Shown: positions 29,819 through 37,295 of the stretch, piece after piece
Numbering within the stretch: position 1 is the stretch's first letter
Layout: each line of letters opens with the position of its first letter
From: Candidatus Latescibacterota bacterium
Lineage (GTDB): Bacteria; Latescibacterota; UBA2968; UBA8231
Direction: 5' to 3'
DNA: 64,000 nt
NCBI GenBank assembly: GCA_965208105.1
Contig: OZ242318.1
Span: 768,001 to 832,000 of the forward strand
The notes under the pieces: model-generated
The model's input: the letters and a program-made list of their open reading frames with translations, nothing else
What the model was told of the DNA's origin: nothing
Database searches by the model: none
Made by a program: the position numbers and the translations under genes

Positions 29819-30709
29819 TTATCCATGGGCTCTCAATCCAGGCCGCTGGTCTTTCTCCGTTATGCGGTGATACTCGGGGATGCTATCGCTTTCGTAAAGT
29901 CTGGTCCAATCGCGGTAATGGTCGGTGGCGACGCGTTCGGGATGGTCTTTGCTGCGCACCAGGAAACCAGGATAGCCGCGCCCCGTGGGTGCGTTTGCAT
30001 CGCTGTAACGCAAATCCAGACTCCAGCGCGCTTTGTCGGTTTGGTTGGGCAAGGAGCGGTGAGCAGTCATCTTGTTGAACAGCAGCACGCCTCCCAAGGG
30101 GACCGGACAGTCGACGATGTCACCCGACTGCAGATCCTCCTCCATGATCCTGGACTCATCCTTGTGTGGAACGATACCCCACCTGTGGCTGCCCGAGATG
30201 ACCTGCATTCCGCCCATCTCCATGGTCACATCCACGAGCGGAATCCAGCAGTTCACCATCGCGGTGTGCTCCGCGTCGCCGGCGAGCAGCGCCCCATCCT
30301 GGTGAAAGGTCCCTGCGGACGATTCCAGAAAGGCCGGCTTCGCCCGCGTATTGAACTGCGGATGGGCAAGGACCTCCGGGCCTATCAGCTGCTCCGCCAG
30401 ATCGACGAGAGCAGGAAGGGTCCACACCTTGAACAGACCGGCGGTTTTGTGCCGTTTGCCGAAGATCACCCTGTAGATGTCATCCGGATCGTCCGCGTCC
30501 TCGCACAGGTAGTGCAACCTGGTCTCGAACGGTTTGTCCAGATGCAGATCGCGCAGGCCGCCGGCGGCGTGTACCTCCCTTGCCTTGGCATCGATGACCT
30601 GTGCCAGTTCCCGGATGAGCGGCTGGAGCTCCCCAACTGGCAGCACGTCGTGCAGAAGCAGGTAGCCTTCGTCGCGGAACTGCCTGGTCTGTGCGGTGGA
30701 TAGTTTCAT
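29819..30709 (-). CDS. PhyH family dioxygenase
   Basis: QFRDEGYL, FHQD, NCWIPL, SGSH, HRSLPN...RWSLDLRY. Confidence 0.92.
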   Translation of the reverse strand: MKLSTAQTRQFRDEGYLLLHDVLPVGELQPLIRELAQVIDAKAREVHAAGGLRDLHLDKPFETRLHYLCEDADDPDDIYRVIFGKRHKTAGLFKVWTLPALVDLAEQLIGPEVLAHPQFNTRAKPAFLESSAGTFHQDGALLAGDAEHTAMVNCWIPLVDVTMEMGGMQVISGSHRWGIVPHKDESRIMEEDLQSGDIVDCPVPLGGVLLFNKMTAHRSLPNQTDKARWSLDLRYSDANAPTGRGYPGFLVRSKDHPERVATDHYRDWTRLYESDSIPEYHRITEKDQRPGLRAHG

Positions 30710-30959
30710 CGTGTATTCTCCTGCTTGTCGCTTGCGGTGGAGAAGCGCAGCCCACATTGGGGCCCGCCAGGTCCTTACAAAACAGTAACCTATAAACCCG
30801 CGGTGTCCATACCCGTGGACCTGGCCGGCGCCGCTCACCACGACCACGTGCGATCCATCCAGCGCGGGCCCTGCTTGACCAGACAGGCGACATTGCGGTT
30901 TATTTCACCGGAACATCCCTACTGACCCTGGCACGACGCCTGTCGACGGGTGCTGAAAG

Positions 30960-32267
30960 ATGAGCTCATCGCCCAGTCCCGATTTTGCCTCACCCGGCGA
31001 TATCGCCGCGCGGCAGGGCGAGCGCTGGCGCGAGCAGCGCCGCTATGTGCTCGCGCACTCGCCGTTCTTCAAATCGCTGTGGTCCACCCAAAGAGTTCCG
31101 CTGTGTCTCGAAGACCTGCCGTCACTGCCGCTTTGCGACAAGGAGATGTTGCGGCGCAGTCAGGCCGAGACGCCTCCCTTCGGCGACTATCTGGCAGCCC
31201 CGGACCAGGCGGTGATTCGCGTTCACCGGACCTCTGGAACGACCGGCGTGCCGATGAATCTGGCATTGAGCGCCGCCGATGCCGAGCAAACGGCAGAGGT
31301 GGGGGCGCGCGCGCAACGGGCCGCCGGATTGGGGCCGGGGCATCGCGTCGTTCACTGCCTCAACTACCAGCTGTGGATCGGCGGCCTCACCGATCACACC
31401 ACCCTGGAGATGACGGGTGCGGCGGTCATACCGTTTGGGGTCGGCAACAGCGAGTTGTTGATACGCTCCATACGGGATTTGGGCGTCACCGCGATTTCGT
31501 GCACCCCGTCATACCCCATGGTGTTGGAGCGGACCATCGAAAAGCACTTCCCCGAGTTGTCCCCATCCGAACTGGGCCTGCAACTGGGGCTTTTCGGCGG
31601 CGAAGCAGGGTTGGACAACGATAGTTTCCGCGCCCGCCTGGAGGCGACCTGGGGATTCAAGGCGCGCAATGCCAACTACGGGGTTTCCGACGCGCTCTGT
31701 AACTTTGCAGGTCAGTGTGAGCACTCGAACGATCTCCATTTTGTCGCTCCCGACCTGCTCTATCCAGAGCTGATCGACCCGGATTCGGCAGAGTCCTTGC
31801 CCTGGAAGGAAGGAGTCGAGGGAGAGCTTGTGCTTACCCACCTGGCGAGGGAATGCCAACCGCTGGTGCGTTTCCGCACCGCCGACATTATCGCCATCAC
31901 CAGCACCTGGCCCTGTGCTTGCGGCCGCACCGTGCCCCGGTTCAGGGTGACGGGACGCAGCGACGACATGGTGGTAGTGCGGGGAATCAACGTCTTCCCG
32001 ACAGCGGTAGCTGCTGTCGTGAACGAGTTTTCCGAACTTTCGGGCGAATACCGCATCGTGCTGAAGGACGCCGGGCCGTACGAACGGCTGCCCCTGGAAG
32101 TGGAGCTGGCTTCCGGACAGGAGGCTACTCCAGTACTGGCAACCGCGCTGGTGGAATCGATCAGAGCCCGGCTTGGTGTCACCCCCCAGATCAGCCTGGT
32201 TCCTCCTCACAGCCTGCCGCGCACCGCCGGCAAGACCAAACGGGTTATCCGCGAGGGATATACATGA
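30960..32267 (+). CDS. Phenylacetate-CoA ligase family
   Basis: HRTSGTTG, NYGVSD, PLVRFRTAD, GRSDDMVVVRGINVFP. Confidence 0.9.
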   Translation: MSSSPSPDFASPGDIAARQGERWREQRRYVLAHSPFFKSLWSTQRVPLCLEDLPSLPLCDKEMLRRSQAETPPFGDYLAAPDQAVIRVHRTSGTTGVPMNLALSAADAEQTAEVGARAQRAAGLGPGHRVVHCLNYQLWIGGLTDHTTLEMTGAAVIPFGVGNSELLIRSIRDLGVTAISCTPSYPMVLERTIEKHFPELSPSELGLQLGLFGGEAGLDNDSFRARLEATWGFKARNANYGVSDALCNFAGQCEHSNDLHFVAPDLLYPELIDPDSAESLPWKEGVEGELVLTHLARECQPLVRFRTADIIAITSTWPCACGRTVPRFRVTGRSDDMVVVRGINVFPTAVAAVVNEFSELSGEYRIVLKDAGPYERLPLEVELASGQEATPVLATALVESIRARLGVTPQISLVPPHSLPRTAGKTKRVIREGYT

Positions 32268-33025
32268 CCAACACGGTTGCAAGCAGCATCGACGGCGGCG
32301 TATGCACCATCACGCTCAACCGTCCCGAGTGTCTGAACGCCATAAGCCGGGACCTGCTGGCGGAGCTCAAAACGATCCTCTGCGATGGAAACGCCGATCC
32401 AGCCGTCAAAATCTTTATCTTGCGCGGAGCCGGACGCGCCTTCTGCGCCGGCCAGGACCTGAAAGAGTTCGATCAGTATGCGGGAGACGAGGCCGACAGC
32501 CGGGCCTATCTCGAGTCCATCCAGGAAATCGCGCGCGAAATGATGTTGGGCGAGAAGATGATCGTCGGTGCCATACATGGCTGGGCCGTGGGCGGCGGTC
32601 TGGAATGGCTGATCAACTGCGATCTGGCGATTGTAGCCAGCGGCACGCGCTGCTTTTTCCCGGAGACAACCCTCGGGGTGTTCGTAACCGGCGGGGTAAG
32701 CACCTTACTGCCCAAGCTGGTCGGCTTGCAAAAGGCCCGGGAGCTGATTCTTTTCGGCGAACGGTTCGACGCACAGCAGGCGTTGGAAATGGGGTTGGCC
32801 TGGAAGGTCGTGCCGGAAGCGGAGTTGTTCAGCGAAGCCGAGGCGGCGGCCAGTCGAATCGCGGCCTTGCCCGAAACGGCGGTGCGCGATTTCAAGCGGG
32901 TGATGAACCGCGCCTGCCACATGGATATCGAAGGTGCCATGGCGCTGGAAACCGAGGCGGCCGTGCGTGGATTTCTCGACCCGACCACGCCCCAACGCAC
33001 TGCTCACTTTAAAAACGGGGAATAG
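32264..33025 (+). CDS. Enoyl-CoA hydratase/isomerase
   Basis: ITLNRPECLNA, AFCAGQDL, GWAVGGG; ATGA overlap with the ligase. Confidence 0.92.
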   Translation: MTNTVASSIDGGVCTITLNRPECLNAISRDLLAELKTILCDGNADPAVKIFILRGAGRAFCAGQDLKEFDQYAGDEADSRAYLESIQEIAREMMLGEKMIVGAIHGWAVGGGLEWLINCDLAIVASGTRCFFPETTLGVFVTGGVSTLLPKLVGLQKARELILFGERFDAQQALEMGLAWKVVPEAELFSEAEAAASRIAALPETAVRDFKRVMNRACHMDIEGAMALETEAAVRGFLDPTTPQRTAHFKNGE

Positions 33026-33230
33026 ACTTCAGGTCACGGCGACTGAAACAGGCCCGCTCGGCACCGTTTTCCCCGACGACACCTCCAGTGGACGAAGCGC
33101 GCGTCACCGGTGGAGGTCGCCCCGGCCTTCGCACACTTGGACGCCAACCTCGTCATTGCCAGTCGCGACCGGCCCGAAAAGACGTCGCCCGGGGCCGGTT
33201 CGGATTAACATCACCGCTTGGCCGGGCATG

Positions 33231-34094
33231 TCACGCCGAGCCCCCAGTCTCCGCACCCCGGGGGCGGCGCGACAGCGACGGGTGGGTGCGGAGATAGGTC
33301 AGACTCTCCTCAATCCACGAGGCGTGTTCGGTGGAATTTGGCGGCAGCCGCAGCTTGATACAGGCGGTTGTCCCCTCCGGGTCGGACAGGAGGTCCTCCA
33401 TCAGCGGAAGGATGGCATCGAAATCCACCGAGCCCTTTCCCAACGGCGTCCCCCAGATGGTGACCTCGTTGGAGCGGTGGGGAAAGATCCGCACGTCCTT
33501 GAGAGCCACCGCCACCGCATGCGGAAGCGCGACCTCGGCCGCCCTCACCGGTTCTTCACAGACCGGAAAGGGATTGGCCGTATCGAACGCCATCTTCAAA
33601 GCGGGATGGCGCACCTGCTCCATTACCTGCACCATCTCTCCTGCGCGGTAGTCCAGGTGCGGCAACAGACCCAGTTGCAGGCCTCGCGCGCCAGCGGCCT
33701 CCGCCACCGGTCCCAGATGACCGGCTATTCGGCGCAGCTGTTCGTCCAGAGCGGGTTCCCGGGTAAACCGGTTGTGCTTGCCGCCCTCCCCAAAGGCCAC
33801 CACCGTCCTCACTCCACCCTCAACGGCCACGTCGAACGCCCGTTCTGACTGCTCCGTGAGTCCGCTTTCCCCCCCGTCCGGCGTCACGAAGTCGGCGCTC
33901 CAGTAGCCGATCCACTGGATCCCGGCATCCGCGGCCCGGCGGCCCAGTTCTCCGGGGTCCTCGCCTCCTTCCAAGGGAAGCGAGGCTTCCAGAGCACCGA
34001 GTTGGAACTCCACACAGCGATCCAAAAGCCAGCGCACAGGCTTCGCATCCGGCAGAACGCCCGCGTAGGTGGGCGAGGACAGTCCCAGTATCAT
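33231..34094 (-). CDS. Sugar phosphate isomerase/epimerase TIM barrel
   Basis: FDTANP, ALKD, PLGKGSVDF. Confidence 0.82.
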   Translation of the reverse strand: MILGLSSPTYAGVLPDAKPVRWLLDRCVEFQLGALEASLPLEGGEDPGELGRRAADAGIQWIGYWSADFVTPDGGESGLTEQSERAFDVAVEGGVRTVVAFGEGGKHNRFTREPALDEQLRRIAGHLGPVAEAAGARGLQLGLLPHLDYRAGEMVQVMEQVRHPALKMAFDTANPFPVCEEPVRAAEVALPHAVAVALKDVRIFPHRSNEVTIWGTPLGKGSVDFDAILPLMEDLLSDPEGTTACIKLRLPPNSTEHASWIEESLTYLRTHPSLSRRPRGAETGGSA

Positions 34095-34213
34095 GCTCCT
34101 TCTCCCAGCATCGCAAATCTACCGCCGCGCTATCGAATTCGGGATTGCGCACTCGAGCGCCAGGTGCCGGCGTTGGCCAAGGTAGTGCTCAGAGAACAGG
34201 CCGGCGCTGATCA

Positions 34214-34663
34214 CTAGAAGCGATCCGCAACAATGTTCAGCTCAATGCCGTGTTCGAGGTACGCTTTCGCCGCCGCAAGCACAAGCGCAAAACCGCCCGT
34301 CGATTCGAGTGCTTGACACACGATCTCATCGCCGTCACCCGTGAAGCCTTTGTTGATGACGCTTAGATAAGTTGTGTCATCTGACCGAGGCGTAAAAATC
34401 CATTCTACAGTTGTAGGATTATCGGGGTCCCATTCGATGAGGATTCGTTTGTTTTCTTCGATCGCCTTCACTCGAACTTCGGTAGAAGCGTTGTACAGTT
34501 CCCAGTGCCATTGAACTGCCTTGCCGCATTCCAGCCGGCCAGTGCTTTTTTCAAACCAGAATTTCGTGATGACATCGGGATCGACAAAAGCCTCAAACAC
34601 CTCCGCGACAGGCCTGCGAATCAGCAATGCTGCTTTTGCAATCGGCTGGTTTTTCACTTCCAT
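34214..34663 (-). CDS. SRPBCC (AHSA1-like) protein
   Basis: IRRPVAEVFEAFVDP..TKFWF, KAYLEHGIEL. Confidence 0.88.
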   Translation of the reverse strand: MEVKNQPIAKAALLIRRPVAEVFEAFVDPDVITKFWFEKSTGRLECGKAVQWHWELYNASTEVRVKAIEENKRILIEWDPDNPTTVEWIFTPRSDDTTYLSVINKGFTGDGDEIVCQALESTGGFALVLAAAKAYLEHGIELNIVADRF

Positions 34664-34853
34664 AATCCCTCCGTGTATCAACTTGCTCGGAACTTCCATT
34701 CTGGCCGTCCCGGCATGATACAGGATAGTAACGCCGGATTTGTAATGCAAAGTTTTCTGGCTTCTCTCACGTTGAACCCTGCCTGCAGGCCCGCCTTGGG
34801 TGTCGGACGCGGCGCGTTGGTCGCCTTCGGGATTGTCCAGGGTCTATGCAACG

Positions 34854-34949
34854 ACCAGCGATTCGTCGGGGACCCTGCCGGACCCTTGACAACGGTTTCG
34901 GCGAATTGCATAGTACCGATATCGGTGCCTTTCGGTGCCTTATTGTTCC
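34854..34949 (+). repeat. Dispersed intergenic repeat, copy 3
   Basis: gaccagcgattcgtcggggaccctgccggacccttgacaacggtttcggcgaattgcatagtaccgatatcggtgcctttcggtgccttatt. Confidence 0.85.
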
Positions 34950-35002
34950 TATACATTCGGTGTGATTTTTTCTATACTTAACTCAGGATACGGAATTGAG
35001 AT

Positions 35003-35392
35003 ATGGACCGAGGCATTGCCGTGGATCTTAAGCAAGAGTGGACCGCCTGCCTGGAAGCGCTCAAGCGGGGAGAATTGACCCCCGAACGATTGCAAGCCGT
35101 GATCGACTCCGTGCCCGACGACAGTCCGGAGAAACGACAGAGTCTGCTCTTCGTTCAGACGTCTCACAACGGAATCAATGCCAAACTGGTTGGGTACCTC
35201 CTGGTGATCAACGGCGAAGCCCAACCGGGTTCTAACAACCCTGAGGAATGGCCCTATCGCACCGTCGCCGACGCGATCAAGGACGGCTGGCGGATCATCT
35301 CCTTCCCCAACACGGCTCTGCTGATGGATCCTGACAACACCTACGGAATCGGCCCCGAGTTCATTCTCGAAAAGATGGAGCCCATAAAATGA
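35003..35392 (+). CDS. Hypothetical protein coupled to PhyH
   Basis: WPYRTVADAIKDGWRIISFP...EFILEK; ATGA overlap with the next gene. Confidence 0.75.
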   Translation: MDRGIAVDLKQEWTACLEALKRGELTPERLQAVIDSVPDDSPEKRQSLLFVQTSHNGINAKLVGYLLVINGEAQPGSNNPEEWPYRTVADAIKDGWRIISFPNTALLMDPDNTYGIGPEFILEKMEPIK

Positions 35393-36225
35393 AGGATTGG
35401 ACGCACGATTGCCCGCCAACACTCACCGACACACAGGTCATCGATTTCTGTCAGAACGGATTTGTGTTGCTCGAGGCGGTCGTCCCGGACGAGATCAATC
35501 GCCGCGTGTATGAGTTTCTCGATGAGCATCCGGAAGTGGAGCCCTCCAGCATTTTGCACGAAGAATGGTTCGTGAAGGAGGTGCTCTGCAATCCCGAGGC
35601 CGCCGGCGCCGTTCGCTCCCTGCTGGGCCGTGACTTTCACCTTCCCGTGCTGATGAGCAACCACCGCGAGCGAGGACCCTACCGGGAACCAACGGGCTGG
35701 CACATCGACGGAAACTATATACACGGATATAAATTGCCGTCCCTGCAGGTGTTCTATTATCCGCAGGACACCACTCCGGAGATGGGGCCCACGGAACTGG
35801 TGCCCGGATCTCATCAGCTCCGTTATAAGCGCCGCTACATGTCCAACTTCGAAAGCATCGCCACCGCCTTCAGCACGACCGCTCCCGCCGGCTCGATCTT
35901 CATCACCATCTACCACATCTGGCATCGCCGAGGCTACGCCACCAGCACGCGACTGCGCAACATGCTGAAGTATGTCTACTGGCGCACGACCGAGCCCACG
36001 CGGGACTGGATCATCGAGCCAGATTTCGACTTCGGCACCGCCAACTATGGTTCGCAAAAATATGGAGAGAAGATAAAGGTCGCCGTCGACACCGCGGAGA
36101 TGTTCTACTGGCTATGCGGAATGCATGACCGGTTTCAGGTGGTTGGCGGGCAGAGTTGGCCCAGTTTCAACCCGAGCCGCATCGACGCGCCCCATGGATT
36201 TCCCGGCCCGGTCGCCCCGGGCTGA
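35389..36225 (+). CDS. PhyH family dioxygenase
   Basis: WHID, YYPQDTTPEMGPTELVPGSH, IWHRR. Confidence 0.9.
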   Translation: MKDWTHDCPPTLTDTQVIDFCQNGFVLLEAVVPDEINRRVYEFLDEHPEVEPSSILHEEWFVKEVLCNPEAAGAVRSLLGRDFHLPVLMSNHRERGPYREPTGWHIDGNYIHGYKLPSLQVFYYPQDTTPEMGPTELVPGSHQLRYKRRYMSNFESIATAFSTTAPAGSIFITIYHIWHRRGYATSTRLRNMLKYVYWRTTEPTRDWIIEPDFDFGTANYGSQKYGEKIKVAVDTAEMFYWLCGMHDRFQVVGGQSWPSFNPSRIDAPHGFPGPVAPG

Positions 36226-36242
36226 GCTGAGGGCGCAAGGAA

Positions 36243-37139
36243 TCAGCGGAAATCGCTTTTGATCCGGCCCCAGCTTTCAGGCGGGACCGGGGATCGGATT
36301 TCCGGCCCCACCCTCAGCAGGCGAGCGCCGATGGCATAGGTATTGGTACCGGGAGGCTTCCAGATGCGGCTGGCCGACCGCACGTCCCGCGCGTCGGCGC
36401 CGAAGCAGCCCCCCCGCATGACGTAGCCGAAGCCCGCCGCCGGTCCGGGAGGATCGGTGCCGGGCGCGCGGCCATAGTAGTTCGCCCCGTACCAGTCCAG
36501 CACCCACTCGAACACATTGCCGTGCATGTCGTACAGGCCCCACGGGTTGGGCTTCCTGGTCCCCACAGGCTGCGCGTACTCCAACCCCGCACTCCAGGCA
36601 CTGGCCTCATACCAGGCGTAGTCCTGAAGTTGGTTCTCGTCGTCCCCGAACGACCACAAGGTCGTGGTGCCCGCCCGGCAGGCATACTCCCACTCGGCTT
36701 CCGTGGGCAGGCGGTAGAGTTCCTCGCCCGCTGCCTCGTTCGAGGTGCGGATGAACGCCTGCACGTCCTCCCGGGTGATATATACCGCCGGGTGGTCGGG
36801 ATTGGCCTGCACCAGCTGCAGCCCGGACCAGGGCTGCGCTCCCATCACGCGCTCCCATTGTCCCTGGGTTATTTCAAATTTCCCCAGGTAGAATCCCTGG
36901 CTGATGGTCACCTCTCGGGACGGATGTTCGTCTTTGAACACCTCGTTCCACATACCCTTGTCGCGCAACAACTGCTCCTGGTCGTCCGTGGACCCCATTG
37001 CGAAGGTCCCCGGCTCGATCCACACGAACTCGACCATCGCCCCGCCCGGCAGCTCCACGGTGATCTCCCCTTCCCTGGAAGAGAGGGGCAGGGCCGCAAA
37101 GGCTCCCAGAACCAGGTTGAACCACGCAAATCTCGCCAT
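36243..37139 (-). CDS. Secreted FGE/SUMF1-domain protein with SWG tail
   Basis: FAMGS, EITQGQW, YRLPTEAEWEYACRAG, NPWGLYDMHGNVFEW. Confidence 0.92.
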   Translation of the reverse strand: MARFAWFNLVLGAFAALPLSSREGEITVELPGGAMVEFVWIEPGTFAMGSTDDQEQLLRDKGMWNEVFKDEHPSREVTISQGFYLGKFEITQGQWERVMGAQPWSGLQLVQANPDHPAVYITREDVQAFIRTSNEAAGEELYRLPTEAEWEYACRAGTTTLWSFGDDENQLQDYAWYEASAWSAGLEYAQPVGTRKPNPWGLYDMHGNVFEWVLDWYGANYYGRAPGTDPPGPAAGFGYVMRGGCFGADARDVRSASRIWKPPGTNTYAIGARLLRVGPEIRSPVPPESWGRIKSDFR

Positions 37140-37295
37140 CGAACCTTCCCCTCATTTCAACATTGATCTGCCCGGACATCAACGATACATTATTGGTTGA
37201 AAGCGATCAACCGGAAATCGCTGCGGATTTCCGGCCCGGGTCGCAAGCCCTCACCGGGCAGGACCTACCCTGATGCCTGCAACCTGGCTACGCTC

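Noticed and set aside
28553-30703. 716-aa + strand ORF and similar long antisense ORFs (13546-15252, 44826-46379, 48126-49559)
   Set aside because: Shadow ORFs of well-supported opposite-strand genes in GC-rich DNA; no recognisable motifs.
30928-30944. sigma54-like TGGCACG upstream of the CoA ligase
   Set aside because: The -12 position is GT rather than the required GC.
20853-34949. CRISPR interpretation of the repeats
   Set aside because: Copies are kilobases apart, with no regular spacers and no cas genes.
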